Part shown: piece after piece, positions 1 to 15,834 of the stretch | How positions within the stretch are numbered: position 1 is the stretch's first letter | How the letters are laid out: each line of letters opens with the position of its first letter | Assembly (NCBI RefSeq): GCF_009914755.1 | Contig: NC_060927.1 | Direction: 5' to 3' (one strand) | Origin: the human T2T-CHM13v2.0 reference genome, Homo sapiens | Length of the DNA: 64,000 bases | Notes under the pieces: generated by a model | Told to the model about the DNA's origin: nothing | Databases searched by the model: none | What the model saw: the letters and a program-made list of their open reading frames with translations, nothing else | Made by a program: the position numbers and the translations under genes

Positions 1-84
1 AAGCCACTTCACTTCTTTGAGCCTTTGTTTCCTAGAACTCAGAGTTTAGGTTTCTGGGTTCTCTCTTCAGGTTGGAGAATATTA

Positions 85-475
85 TAGATCTGTTTCCCCA
101 GAAAAGAGACTCTAAGAAATTTCCTAACACGAGTTTTATGGAAGAGTGCCTCTGAGAACAACATATGTGGGGGTGTTAAAAAAAAAAAAGGCAAAATTGG
201 GCAGAGAGAAAAAATGGGTTGCAATGAATTGCAACAGAGTTCTCAGCTGATACTACAGGGAGCTCTTGAGTTAGGATAGCTCTTCAAAGCCATTCTAAAT
301 AAAAACACAGAGGCCTGGACCTGAACTCCCACATTGGCCAGCCATGCCATAAGGGCTGTCCTTTGGCTAATGGCAATTGATACAAAAGAGTGTGAGTTGC
401 CAGGGCTCCCAGCAGCTGGGAGAATGAGTGCCTAGATTCTGAATGAGTGATCTGAGCAGCATATGCTATAAAGAG
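85..475 (-). mobile_element. Old ERVL solo LTR, LTR16-like (degenerate)
   Basis: Resembles the reverse of the LTR16 consensus (..ttccccagaaaagagactctaaga..aaattgggcagagag..gggagctcttgag..). Recognised by eye; boundaries approximate. Confidence 0.5.
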
Positions 476-583
476 GAAAGCCATCTCGTTTCCTGCTCTG
501 GAAGCGATATTCATTTTATTCAGATGTGTGGTCTAACTTCCACAACCCAGCAAGACAATTGTGAGGGTCCACAGTGAACCACC

Positions 584-1070
584 TGTTTTAGGAGGGGTTC
601 CTAGACATAGACCCTGAGATGAGGATTCATACTAAAGCAATTTATTAGGAAATGTCCCAAAACAAACCAACAGGGGAAGTGAGATCAGGAAAGGAAGAAG
701 GCCAAGCAAGCAAAAAGCAAAGTCCTACAGAAGGTAACATAGGCTCAGTTCTACAGGAGACCTTTGGAGAGGGCATGTGTACTTCCTCAGAGTTGTCCCC
801 ACCAGGGAGCAAGGTATTCTGCCCATTTATTACCCCCTACCCTACTCTGCACTCATCAGTCATTGGTTAGGGACTGCCTCTGAGAAAACTTAACTTTCCA
901 GGCACTTTCAACTCCCCAAGTGTAGACAAATTAGATTCCAACCGCTTGGGGGCAACCCTTCAACAAAGACACAGATGCTACCTTTCCTGGGAGTGAAACC
1001 ATACAGGGAACCCATGTGCCTTAAAGTGGTAAAGGGACTGGGAAGGCTATGGATGGAGAATTCAAAACAC
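584..1070 (-). mobile_element. ERVL solo LTR, LTR33-like
   Basis: tgttttaggaggggttcctagacatagaccctgagatgaggatt...tttattaggaa...ggggaagtgagatcaggaaaggaagaaggccaa resembles the reverse of the LTR33 consensus. Confidence 0.6.
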
Positions 1071-2804
1071 GGAGTAGAGGTTCATCAGTTTTTAATAAAC
1101 CCACGTGTCTTATTGCCCAGGTGGGCACTGAGCCCAATTATTCCAGTTCTCTGTCCTGTCTATGCTCAACTTGAGAAGAAAGAAATCGAATGTACTAATC
1201 CTTCTTTTTTTTCTTTAGCATGATAACACATTCTCCTGTAAGTAAATGCATACCAAAAAACACACACACATTTATACTTCTCTCGAGGACAAGGAATAAT
1301 TTTTCGGTCAGGGCAATCCTAATCTAGATTAACAAAATACAACATCATCATAACTAGAACTAATCGTGGATTCACCCAACATTTTTCAAAATACATAAAC
1401 TTCAAGTAAGTTTTTGAAACACAGCACTTTTTAAATCAATGCATGAAGTTGTTATTAGAGAATATATCTTAAATCACATGTGCCTATTTGCAGAATGCTA
1501 GGGAAGTTTCCTTTTAGTGCATCCTGGAAGAGTGTATTAGTGATCTCCTCAATGCAATAACTTTCTGAATTGCTTTTGAAAGTGATTTGAAAGAGCTTTT
1601 AACAATGTTCTTCAATACAAGTATTTGTGAGGTCATACCCCCACTAAAAATTACAATATCTGTGTTAAATTTCCTTACCTCCTTTAAAAATTAGTGATTT
1701 CATTAGATGACATCTATCAGCATTGAAGACTCATATTAAGGAGGTTCATTTCAACTAATATCTCATTCCCAAATAGTACTTCACTGTTCAAAATTAAAAA
1801 CTCAAGAGAGAACCCCGTAATAAGACAAAGACTGTAAGGACTTAGTTATTTGGCAACTCCCTCTTTTATGGAGAACAATTTTGGGGAACAACACCTGCTT
1901 TACAATGACAAACAAAATGAAAGGAAGCCAACATTAACCACACTTAAGTGACGGTGTTTATTTGCAGGTGGGAAAGGAAGGCTATGAGGTGGGTGCGCAA
2001 GCTTTATTAGATTGCTGTAAATAGACTTTCTTTTGCCACCTTAGGGTCTCCTATCAAATCTAATACCAAATGCATCTCTATACAAAGGCTAAGAAAAGGG
2101 CTTTATTCTCTTTCACTAAATGACGATTTTGAAGGAATGACTTAGGTATGTTACTAAGCAGTGACTTTGATATCATACCTAAATTTTTACAATCTACATT
2201 GTAAGGTATATAGGATTATCTGTAATTTGGGGAGAATCAGATTTTTTGTTCAATTGCCTTAATTTCTATTGTAATATTGGCTTTGTCTCTAAATATCTTA
2301 TGATTAGGTTTATAAATGACTATGAAGCTCACAAAAACGTCTAGTAACTAAAAAATTGCAGTGGGCTCCAACAATTTGGTCCCTTTATAATTCAAATTTT
2401 TTATCTGCTAAAAGAAGAGACACAATATCTTATCACCTATGTTTTATCTGATTTTGATTAGGAATTTGAGCTACGTTTCCTATTCTGTTGAAGACACACC
2501 GAAACCAGACAAAGGATCTTAAGGTAAAGAACAGGAAACAGGTATCGATTTCCTTTATCCACCCCAATCCCTTTGTATCTCTTTGTATTATACTATGATG
2601 GATTAGGTGGACAGGCCAGCAAATGTTTCACATTTGCTACTGATTTGATGGGCTTTGGAAAAGAGAATTTGAGGCATACACTAGTAAAGAGAAGAATCCT
2701 TAAAACCAGGTCTGGGTCTGGGTGATAAGTTGCAAGCCACTACATCAGAAGACCCCAAACCTCCTACCTAATACCTTATTTAGGTCTCTTAGCTCTCTCT
2801 TACT

Positions 2805-2806
<2 letters not shown>

Positions 2807-2850
<44 letters not shown>
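2807..2850. repeat. (AC)22 microsatellite
   Basis: Perfect AC run read directly from the sequence. Confidence 0.97.
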
Positions 2851-2851
<1 letters not shown>

Positions 2852-3039
2852 ACACAAATATCTTACTGAAATAAATACTGATGTTTTTCTTAATCTAAGA
2901 TTTCTTTTGGTCACTTCTGTATTTCTTTTCTTGGTGTGAATATGGTCATCAAAATTATGCTTTCTCTTTCTCACCTGTGATCTAGGACAGTATTTCTCTG
3001 GATGTAGTCCATGGAGACAGAGTGTACAAACCATGGAGG

Positions 3040-3150
3040 ATAAAATGCAGATCCTAAACCCACTGAATCAGAGTCTAAGGAAGGGAGTCCACGAGTCTGC
3101 ATTTCAACACAAGAGTCTTGTGCAAATTTAAGTTTCAAAATCACTGCTAT
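3040..3150. mobile_element. MER5-like hAT-Charlie MITE fragment
   Basis: aaaatgcagatcct..actgaatcagagtct..gagtctgcatttcaaca motifs typical of MER5A/B. Confidence 0.6.
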
Positions 3151-3263
3151 AGGTCGTTATATAAAATTTACATGCTAAATTAAATAAACTAAGGTACAGC
3201 CCTTCTAAGAGCTATTTGACACCCATAAATAAAAAAATAAAAAAATAAAATAAAAAAAAAAGA

Positions 3264-3638
<375 letters not shown>

Positions 3639-4130
3639 CTACTCCTTTAAGGGCTTTCCCGTTCTTCTCTTTCTCAGCAGTAAATTGGTTACAGCATAAT
3701 TAAGCAATCTCTGTCTGAATGTTGCTGGCCCCTCATCCTATCCCACTGCATATTTTTATTTTCTCCTGACATTCTTTCTCACTCCTTTTAGAAGAGTTAA
3801 GTCCAACAAATTGAAAAACTAAAGACAAAGTAATTACAGTGGAAATGTAACAATAGAATGGACTGCTCTCAGCCAGATGCCATCGGGGCAACTGTATACC
3901 AGGCAGCCTGTCTTCACCATCCTCCATTCCCACCTCCCTCTGTCTCACCCATTCTTCAGCACCTGTTCCCCTCCTTCCAGCCATCTAGTCACCCAAAGGA
4001 TGTCCCCAGAATGTGAGGTCACCCAAAGTTCCTTCTGGAGCAATGCATCTCAGGAACCACACCTTTTGTTTTTTTCTTTCTTCCCATACAAACATTTCTG
4101 TTCTGCCTTTTGGGTGAACAAAACAAATGA

Positions 4131-5240
<1,110 letters not shown>

Positions 5241-5449
5241 ATTACATACACACATACACGTGTGGTACTTAAGATGCTGAACTCAAAGGATTGATTTTAA
5301 TGGTAGGCATCAGACACAGTAGTCAAGGGTGAAGTCTAATTTTGTATATGAAAGGTGGAATTTTTACCCCTATGTAAGCTGCAAAGCACTGGAACCCACT
5401 ATTAATATTGCCCCTGCTCTGATATAACAGAATGATTGGGCACACAGAT

Positions 5450-5680
5450 TATGGAGTCACTCTGTCTTGGCTCACACACTGGCTCCACCACTTCCCAGAT
5501 GTGTGTTATTGGACAAAGTGCCCAATTAATCTGTGCCTCAGTTTCTTCTTCTTTAAAATGGGGCAATGATAATACCTCAAAAATTGTTGTGATATCTAAG
5601 TGATAATACTCACCTCAAAAATTTAACATCCTTTGAACAGTTCAAATACATAGTGAGCACTCAGTAAATATTTGAAGTTA
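5450..5680 (+). mobile_element. MIR
   Basis: Core motif ggctccaccacttccc..tctgtgcctcagtttcttcttctttaaaatgggg..catagtgagcactcagtaaat. Confidence 0.8.
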
Positions 5681-5884
5681 TCAGGACAAAGAATCTGAGT
5701 TTTGTTTATTAAAGTGTTCACCTAACCACATTCTTTCTAGAATCCTTATCAATACCACATTATCTCTCTCCTCCAGTTCTCAATTATATTTCTACCACTA
5801 ATTTCTAGATCAGCAATATCTGGAGACTTATGTTTCGCTTGCTCCCAGGTGATTTGCAAAAACAATGGCAAAGACAGAGGTGGT

Positions 5885-6225
<341 letters not shown>

Positions 6226-6539
6226 TTACCTGATTGCTTAAATTTTATATCAATTTATATCAGCTTTTTCCTTGGAAATCTAATTCTTTTTAGACTATAG
6301 CCACAAAGTCTTGAGATAAGTTAAAGCTCAAGAGAGGGAGAGCAACTAGACTCATTCCAGCAGGAGACTGGGAGTAACATATGACAATCCAATTATTTTA
6401 TTTCAGAGAAGAAAATTAGTTTCCTCTAGGACAAACAGAGGAAGTGAAACTTTAACAACTTTTGGCTTTGAACTTCAGGAAGCCCTAAAAGTTCCTGAAA
6501 GTACGTATTAAAAAAAAAAAGAAAGAATTAAGATGTATT

Positions 6540-7250
6540 AGATTAATATAATAAAGAACAAAAACCACATGATCATTTCAATGCATGCAGAAAAAGCATT
6601 TGAAAAAATTCAACACCCATTCATAATAAAAACTCTCAAACTAACAATAGAACTTCCTCAACCTGATAAAGAGCATCTATAAAAAGCCACAGCTAACATC
6701 ATTCTTAATGCTGAAAGGCTGGATCCTTTCTTTCTAAGATCAGGAACAAGGCAAAGATATCTGCTTTCACCACTTTTATTCTATCTTGTGCTGAAATTTG
6801 TATAGCTAATGCTATAAAAATTTTGTTTTTAAATTAAGGACATTAGATTGGAAAGAAAGAAGTAAAACTGCTTCTTTATATAATGTTGTCCTATATGAAA
6901 ATTCAAAGGAATTTTACTAAAACTATTAATAAAAGACTTTAGCACTTGTATAAGATCAATAGACAAAAATTAATTGTATTTCTATGTAATAATAAACAAT
7001 CATAAATGGAAATTAAGAAAACATTTCCTTCACAATGACGGTGAAGAGAATGAAATACAGAAGAAATACAAGAGTTTACAACTGACAACTATAAAACATC
7101 ATTGAAAAAAATTGAAGAAGACCTAAATGGAAAGACATTTCATATTCATGGATTGAAAGACTCAATATTGTCAAGATAGCTATTCTTTTCACATTGATCT
7201 ATAAATTCAATGCAATCAATCTCTAGCAAAATTCCACCAGAAAGACTGGA
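6540..7250 (+). mobile_element. L1 ORF2 (reverse transcriptase region) degenerate fragment
   Basis: aaaaaccacatgatcatttcaatgcatgcagaaaaagcatttgaaaaaattcaacacccattc translates as [21 protein letters not shown], close to the L1 ORF2 [21 protein letters not shown] motif; many disablements. Confidence 0.88.
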
Positions 7251-7389
7251 AAAGTGAGTATCTCTGTTAGTTTGCCCCCTAACTATTTTGGAGCCCAGGG
7301 GCAACGGTACAAATAGAAATCCCAGCCACAAACTACTCTCTTCTCTTCCTACCCCCAACCCTGTCTTACACCAGTAGCCTCATGTGCTA

Positions 7390-7419
7390 GTGTGTGTGTG
7401 TGTGCGTGTGTGTGTGTGT
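7390..7419. repeat. (GT)n imperfect microsatellite
   Basis: gtgtgtgtgtgtgtgcgtgtgtgtgtgtgt read directly. Confidence 0.9.
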
Positions 7420-7704
7420 ACATCCTGGCCCATAGGTACAAGTTCCAACCCTTCCTACCCTATCCCCATCACAAACAGCTTCCTCTTGGCCACCCCTTCA
7501 ACACAGAGCTGTGCGCACCAGTAAAACTGTCTCCTTTCAGGAGAACAGACCCAGAGAAGTTCAAGCAGTTACTAGGAAAATCTCTCTCAGAGCCATCTGG
7601 AAAATTCCATAGTCCTGTTTACCTGAAGCATGCTCTAGAAGCACTGGCTTGGGCTCCAGATGGGCACATCTGCTAGGCCCCCCACTCCTCAGAGGAGAGC
7701 CAAA

Positions 7705-7870
7705 AGCAACGTTTCTCAAACTTTAATAAGCAAGTGAATCACTGGGGATCTTGTTAAAATGTAGGTTTGTAGGTCTGAGGTAAGGCCTGAGAGTCTGCAT
7801 TTCTAACATGCTTCCAGCTAGTAATCTGTTACTGGTGTGTGTCTAGTCCGCAGCAAAGATGTAAAGCACG
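7705..7870. mobile_element. MER5A-like hAT-Charlie MITE
   Basis: gtttctcaaacttt..gaatcactggggatcttgttaaaatgtag..ggcctgagagtctgcatttctaaca. Confidence 0.7.
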
Positions 7871-8290
7871 AGTCCTAGATTAGGGGCCTTACTAAGCTGG
7901 CTCTAAGGGCAGAACTCAGCTGTAGAATGGAAGTGATATCTATGGGAGTGGAAGGTGGCCCTAGGACTGCCAGGAGATCACCATCTATGACGGAGCACAT
8001 TGGTAATGGCTAATGGAGGGCCAGCAAACAGTGCTTGCAGTGCTGGCACTTGAAGAGCTATAGGCTAATGGGCAAGTTAGACATTAATAAGTAATTGCAA
8101 GACATTGTGTAATAGGCAATAATAGAGGTATATATGAAGCACATAGGTGACAGCAGACATGGGGATTAACTCTTTGTTGGAAAAATGTTTCACAAAGAAC
8201 GTCATATCTGAGCAGAGTGCTGAGGGATAAACTGAGTTTCCTAGAGAACAAAGACAGAAAGGGGATTCAAAGCCGAGGGAATAACTTATC

Positions 8291-8827
8291 TGTGGCAGGG
8301 TATATTTTCCAAAAATGGCTGCAACAATATCTCTACTCCCACAAAACCTTCTAGAAACTTTCCACTTCCCTATTAAGAAGTGAATTCCAATTCCCTTTTC
8401 CTTGTTAGGATACTTCCATGAGTACAACGTGGAGAAGTGACACCATGTGACTTACATGGCTAGATGAGAAAAGGCTATCTTCTGTCTGGTTTTCTTGGGA
8501 TGCTTGTTTTTGGAACCCAACCACTATGCTGGGTGGAAGCCAAGCAGCCCATGGAAAGTCCTGGTGGGGAGGAATTGAGGACCTCACCCACAATTCCTAT
8601 TGAGATCCTAGCTGACAGCCAACACCAACTTGCCAGCCATGTGAATGAACCATCTTGAAAAAAGGTCTTCCAGCCTCTGCCACACTGTTCCAGGTGACAC
8701 TATATGGAGCAGAGATAAGCCACTTCCACTAAGCCCTGACCAAATTGTGGATTCATGGGCAAAATCAATGATTGTTGTTTAAACCATCAACTTTTGGAGT
8801 GGTTTGTTATGCAGAAGAGATTCCCAC
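8291..8827 (+). mobile_element. MaLR solo LTR (MLT1G/H-like)
   Basis: Starts tgtggcag..aaaatggctgcaac; internal ggaacccaaccactatgct..gccaagcagcccatgga; ends ttttggagtggtttgttatgcag. Confidence 0.8.
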
Positions 8828-8976
8828 AACAATATCCAAAGGCAAAAAGGTGTAAAGCAGCCTGGTGTTTAAAAATATGACACAAACAAGGGCATGTTTA
8901 TGTATAACTCAGCAAGTAGAAAAAAAAACATAATAAGATGGGACCTGTTGAGAATGTTTAACATTATTAAATGTTA

Positions 8977-9217
8977 GATTGCTTGAGCCCAGGAGGTTGA
9001 GGCTGCAGTGAGCCATGTTCACCCCACTCCACTGCAGTCTGGGCAAAAGACTTAGATCTTGTCTCATGAAAAAAAAAAAGACTAATAATCTGCTGTTGTG
9101 TGTATGCTGTAGATAAAGCCCTGGTAGACAATTTCCAAAAGAAATCAATTTATTGTTTTTACTACCAAAGTGGAAACATGATATAATTTCAGAAACAAAT
9201 AAAAAACCCACCTGAAT
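8977..9217 (+). repeat. Local duplicate copy of 9616-9857 (Alu right-arm end plus unique flank)
   Basis: 241 vs 242 bp; differ only by two substitutions and one A-run length change. Confidence 0.95.
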
Positions 9218-9411
9218 GTGGAGTGGAGGGAAAAAGTTTAGTAAACAAACCATTAGTAGTGAAAATGTAATGAAGTTGTACTATATATTCAACCATGCTT
9301 GGATTAATTATTTTTCATGGCTCTGACAGTTTCTAGATACAATGTTAAGGCATTTATATAACAACGTTTTCTTGCTGTAAAAAACTAAATTCTTATTGAA
9401 AAGAAAATACT

Positions 9412-9911
<500 letters not shown>

Positions 9912-10284
9912 CTATCATCAATACCTTTGTTTTTCTCCCTAAACACACATTTCTAAAAGAACCAACCAGGAGTTTGTGAAAGATAATAAAATTTATGACT
10001 ATTCTTTAAAGTTGACAATGTTATTTCCTACAAGCCTTAGGAGCGGTGGGTGCATGCTAATTTGATAGATAAGGATTTAGAATGCAGTGAATTGATAAGT
10101 CAAGATTGTTTCCTGAACTTGTGGGTCTCTTGTATTTCTTTTTATTCTTTGACACTAACCTAATGTGTCATTGAAAAGCAGTATCCCCATGCAGCATGGG
10201 AATTTATATTACATTTAGCAGCTGGAATGGAAGATTCCTGGGATGGGGATAGCTAGTGACAAGTAGCTTCCTTCTGCTCTCAGC

Positions 10285-10730
10285 TGATCTGACTCCTCCT
10301 GGAATACTGTGTTCAGTTCCTGACACCATATTTTAGGAGAAACATAGACAAATTAGAGTACATTTGGAAGAGAGTGCCTTAAATGGCGAGGAAACACAAA
10401 CCCATGTCACATGAGGGACAAATGAAGAAAAAGGAGATATTAATTCAGGGAGGAACCAACTAATGAAGCATATTCAACATTTTTAAATAATAAAAGCTTT
10501 CCTGAAGAAGGGCTGTTGGCATTGTTCTGTAACCTCAAAAGCATATGAAGGGAAGGATTGGGAGGCAATTTTGGGGTGAAGAAAGTCAAAGCTACCCAAA
10601 GATGGAACCGGCTATTAGGAGAGGTAGATAGTCCCTGTCACTGGAGGTATTGAAGTAATTTTTTAAAGAAGGAATTCTAAATTTGATGATGGTTGGATTT
10701 GACATCCTGCAAGGTTCTTTCCACTACTGT
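10285..10730 (+). mobile_element. L3/CR1 LINE 3' fragment
   Basis: ctggaatactgtgttcagttc...atagacaaattagag translates as LEYCVQF..IDKLE, a CR1 ORF2 C-terminal motif; ends ..aaggttctttcc. Confidence 0.75.
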
Positions 10731-11543
10731 CAGAGCTTTGACGTCCTTCAGAGAACTCCGTATCATCACCCCTGGGAGTCACCAGGTATACTCTCATATG
10801 AGCTTATAAAACAGCCCCTTTCCTTTTTTCCACTTCTTGCTCCCAGAAGTGGCAGCATTTTCTGAAGCCTCCAAAGCCTATGAAATCCCCAGAAGTAATC
10901 TGTTCTCTACCACTGGCTAAAAGGGGCCTATCTCACCTCCGACTGATCGGCCCCAAATAGTTCTGCACCAATGCCTCCAAGCTGCACCACCAGCCAAGCC
11001 ACTGATAGTGCTGGGGCTAATTCCCACTCTCTGTCAGTTCCCTCAACATGGCAATGCCTGGCTTCTTCCCTTTTCTGTGTTACACTGTGCAATTGTCAAA
11101 CAGATTTTGTGGGTATATGGCTGTTAGTCCTTAGTCATAGACCTTCTTCCCCTTGGACCATAAAAGTCTACAGGGGTTGAATTGGAATAATCGGAAAGCA
11201 ACAGATTTTATGACATGCCTAAAATTGCCTTTATCCAGTGATATACTCCTCATCCTTAAGCAATCTTCTATGCCTCCAACCTCTTTTTCCTTAGGATCCT
11301 TCTTCTCAGGACAATGCTTGGCTCCTCATTTAAATATGACACTCCACCCTAAGAGCTTGCTCTACCACCCTCAGTACATACCTGACATTCTGAATCCTAG
11401 ATTGAGACAAATTAGACTCAAGCTGTAGCCTTTCCTTTTTCTTTTTCCCCTACCTGCCCTCCCTGCAACATGATTCTGTGACTGAGGGTTAAGAGCAGAG
11501 AAAGAGGAAAATAAAAATAACAGATTAAAAAATGGTTTATGGA

Positions 11544-11827
11544 GGCCAGGTGCAGTGGCTCATGCCTGTAATCCCAGAACTTTGGGAGGCCAAGGTGGGC
11601 AGAACACTTGAGGTCAGGAGTTTGAGACCAGCCTGGCCAAATACAGGGAAACCCCGTCTTTACCAAAAAATACAAAAATTACCTGGGAGTGGTGGTGCAC
11701 ACCTGTAGTCCCAGCAGGCTGAGGCAGGAGAATCACTTGAACTCAGGAGGTGGAGGTTGCAATGAGTCAACATCGCACCACTGCCCACCAACCTGGGTGA
11801 CAGACTGAGACCCTGTCTCAAAAAAGA
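11544..11827 (+). mobile_element. Alu (AluS-type)
   Basis: Canonical dimer with a short deletion in the right arm and a short tail. Confidence 0.95.
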
Positions 11828-12850
11828 AGGTTCACAGAAGGGGAAGGGAAAAGACTTAGATGATGTGGATGGCTTAATTAAAAATTTTGAGTGGAGTTTA
11901 ATAATAATTCAGTATGATGTTTATACTCTAAATAGCATAACTGAAAGAAATGCTCTTGGAACTTAGCAGTGACAATGTAATTGGTCATTTGTCATAAGTT
12001 TCTGCTGATGAAAATCTCATTCATAAATCAGGAACAACATATTCAATAGCTTGCTGACAGTATTTGGAAAACAATGTTTCATACTCATTCAATGCTAATT
12101 ATAAACTTTGAGAGTCAAATTAAGAATATATTGTATATACACTGAATAAAGATATTTACACATACACAATGTGGGTCAAGTGATACTCTCCAACTTCTGA
12201 GGTAAAAGTAGCTTGTTACCAGTGTCCCTGGCAAAGTTATGCTGAGGATTGATGGAAGGGATGGTATATGTTTTTCCTCCACTCTGAACAAGAAGAGAGA
12301 TCAAGGGGAATTAGCTCTTTCATCTGAACTTTCCGTAGAGGTGCACAACTCCTCAGGGATGTAGTTTTGGAACGGGCTGGGGAAAAGAGGTCAACAGTTT
12401 GACTTCTTATGTATTCTTCACAGCATATTGCAGTGGGCCTCTTTCTCTTGCCTGTACAACAGAGAGAAATGACAGGAATTAATAAGAAAGCTAATACTCT
12501 ACTCACTCTAAGCCTCTGAAGAAGAATTCAGGTATTTATTTTGGCTCTCTGAGGCCAGTCTAATGAAAGTTGAGCCTGGTACAGGATTGAACATATCAAC
12601 TATTAAGCAAATGGAAGAATTAGAGGCAGGATATTAGCTATAGTCAGAAGCTCAAAGCTCAGAAGCTAGGTTAAAGCAGAGATGGTGAGCAATGGCATGA
12701 GTGAAACTCATCCCGGTTAGCAAGTCCAAGATAGATAGAAGTAGAGTGTGAAACTATGTTTGTGAACGTGCAGTTCTGATGACAAAGGTGCAAGAGGAAT
12801 GGAAATGCATGGCTTGGATCACACTTTAAGAAAAAGATTTGCCTATCCAC

Positions 12851-13263
12851 TGTGAGGAGTCCAAGTTAGCTGCTGCCAACTGGCAGCTCTCAGTGCCCTC
12901 AGGACCCATTTTAGCTTTTGAACCAAGGACATGCTCTCCCTAGGCATCCCAGCAAATGACAGAACATGATGGGAACAGTAGAAACTGGCAATTTCTGCCC
13001 AGTGCTTACAGGCAATCTTTGCACTGGAACTTTGTTAGGCTGGACGAGACTTCCTCAGCACTGCACTTCAGCATGAGGCTCCTCCTACAAACTTCTTCCT
13101 CCTTTCTCTCTTTTCACAGGTATCAGACCAGTATCATAGCCTGAAGGATTTCCCTGCCTACTCCTGCTCCCTTTCCCCTTTATCATTCGTATATAAATAC
13201 ATACATTTCTTGCACATCTAACTGCATCTTGGTGCCTACCTCCTGGAGGACTCAGCCAATACA
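12851..13263 (+). mobile_element. ERVL solo LTR, LTR16-like
   Basis: Ends tttcttgcacatctaactgcatcttggtgcctacctcctggaggactcagccaataca, typical of the LTR16 3' end. Confidence 0.7.
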
Positions 13264-13282
13264 AGGGGGAATGCTGATGTTT

Positions 13283-14526
13283 GGGTTTGGATCATAATCC
13301 AGAAAGACACAATCCCAAATGCCATAATCCCAAATGTTGAAGCCGTCAAAGATCAACCTCCTTAGACACGAGATGGGAAAATGTAGTAAGAAGTGCTCGT
13401 GTTGGTGTATATCAAATAACAGAAGAATTTCAAAAAGAGCAGGGCCACATAGAAAATGATTGTGAATGTATTTTTGGAGGAGAGCTATGTCAAAAAAAAA
13501 AAAGCAGCTATTCATTGTGATGCAAGACTTCAAACTACAGTTAATGATTGTGAAAGTCAGCCAGGTCTTCTGGGACTATATCTGTGCAATTACCTATAAT
13601 CTATCCCTGTAATATATTGTTTCATATGTTGAATTTTCTTTGACTTCCTGGGCTCAAGCAATCCTCCCACATCAGCCCCCTGAGTAGCTGGTATGGGTGA
13701 GCCACTGCTTCTTTCTTCTTTTTTTAAGTTTTTTCCCCCACTATTTTAAATTGTCAATTTTTTTTTTTAACAATTTGCTATGCTATGTATTTCGTCTTGG
13801 CATCATTTCCAATAGCGGAGGTATAAATTGTGTAGAGACTTTTAAAGAGTTCTAATTTGTTTTATGCATTTTTTGCAAATTTGACTCCATGAGAGTGAAT
13901 TACCACAAAAATGATTTGTATGTAAGCATTGTTCATGTATGTAAAAACATTGAAACTTCCTTAATAAATGGAGAGATGCCTTTTTTCGTACATTTGATTT
14001 GCAAAAAGTAAAATTGCCCAAGATCTCAGCTCTTCGGGCAACTGCATATGTGGTGGTGACCCACTGAGGTTTTTGATTGATTTCTTCAAAAGATTTAGGT
14101 ATTTCTCACGGTATTTCAGTATGACCACAATAATAAAGCTGGGTGCACTCACTTACCAACCATAATGATATGTTTACACATTCCCTTCTTTGACCTATTT
14201 ATTTATGAATATGGCTTGTCTGCTTATAACTGTGATACTCATGTGACTGTCATTAGTATACCTGAGTGTTGCAAAAATATGTATTACTGCCTATTTTATT
14301 GTGTAAACTGGCCTATGAAGTACTTTGTTGTATTTTTATGTTTCTCAAATAAATCCCCTTTTAAAATGTAAATAAATGTTTTATTTTTTTCAGAATTATA
14401 TTCTTGAGATTTTGATCTTTCTGGATTGTGATTTTCAGGATTTTGGACTTTAGAGATTTTGGTCTTTTAGGATGTTGGGGATTATGGCATTTGGAATTGT
14501 GTCTTTTGAGATTATAATCAACTCCC
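13283..14526 (+). mobile_element. Ricksha (MULE-MuDR DNA transposon) with both terminal inverted repeats
   Basis: 5' gggtttggatcataatccagaaagacacaatcccaaatgccataatccc is the inverted match of 3' gggattatggcatttggaattgtgtcttttgagattataatcaactccc; 5' end recognised as Ricksha; a small Alu fragment sits at ~13640-13710. Confidence 0.85.
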
Positions 14527-14789
14527 CCAGAATCTGAGGATACAGCCTGACTAGAACTAGGCTAGTAAGATAAATCATCAACTGGGGGCCTTGATACTTG
14601 GCTTCTCTGATGGTGCTGGTTTTTCATTTGACCCTGGTTTGCATATTAAACCCAGAGACTTTAAACAAATGGCTTACCTACAGAGTCCTCATAGTAAGTC
14701 CTGGTCAAAAGAAAAACAGAATAGAAAGCAAAAGAGAAAAGAGTCTTTATTCTTCTCCATATAAGTTATGCCTTCCTCTTAATATGTAG

Positions 14790-14872
14790 GTGTACTAAAA
14801 ATCATTGAATTATATACTTTAAATTGGTGAACTGTATGGTGAATTATATCTCAATAAAGCTGTTATTTAAAA
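14790..14872 (+). mobile_element. Old L1 3' terminus fragment
   Basis: cattgaattatatactttaaattggtgaactgtatggtgaattatatctcaataaagctgtt, the L1MB/ME-type 3' end. Confidence 0.75.
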
Positions 14873-14971
14873 AGTGTGCACTTCCTAGTATAGAAGGTAG
14901 TACTAAGATGCATGTGAAAGAAAATAAAAGCAATAAGATAACGACAGCCAAAAAAAAAAAAAGTTTTTTTC

Positions 14972-15275
14972 AGACCGGGTGTGGTAGCTCACACCTGTAA
15001 TCCCGGCACTTTGGGAGGCTGAGGTGGGAGGATTATTTGAGGTCAGGAGTTTGAACTAGTGAAACCTAATATGGTGAAACTCCGTCTCTGCTAAAAATGC
15101 AAAAGTTAGTTCGGCATGGTGGTGGGCACCTGTAGTCCCAGCTACTCAGGAAGCTGAGGCAGGAAAATCACTTGAACCCGGGAGGCGGAGGTTGCAGTGA
15201 GCTGGGATTGCACCACTGGACTTCAGCCTGGGCAACAGAGCAAGAAGAGTCCGTCTAAAAAATGAAAAAGAAAAA
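14972..15275 (+). mobile_element. Alu (AluS-type)
   Basis: Canonical dimer; imperfect TSD aaaaagttttttt-ca / aaaaatgttttctca. Confidence 0.95.
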
Positions 15276-15834
15276 TGTTTTCTCATTTGGTCATATTTAA
15301 AAAGATTCCACATTTTTTCTTTATAGAGGCTGCAGAGAAAGCCAGAGCGTTCATGAAATACTGGAAAATATTCATTAGTATACTTTCTGAATTCATAAAA
15401 AATAGTAAAGAGCTTGTGTATTCTTTGAAATGGTTGTTGATATGAATGATGTGAAACAGTTACACCCATCTCCACAATTCTATAGTCTGGGGAAATGGCA
15501 GCTGAAAAAGCAGGTATATTTATTAATTCAACCAACCCTCAGGGATGCTTTTTCTTTTTACTAATGTGTAGGTGTGGAGATAAATAAAGCATGGTGTATG
15601 CCCTTCAGAAGTTCACAGCAAAGTAAAGAGTGTAGGCTTTTAAACAGTGTAAGGTACAGGGAGACATGCGGTGTGGCTGACCTAGAAGACTATTTGCAAG
15701 AGAAAGTGGCAAACTCAAGTGAGAGAATTACACCTAGACTTGAGGGTGAGATGATCTCCCACTTATCAAAGCACCAGGAAGACTAGTAGCTCACACTTCT
15801 ATTGTACTTACTTTGCTTCAAGTCTATTCAAGTC

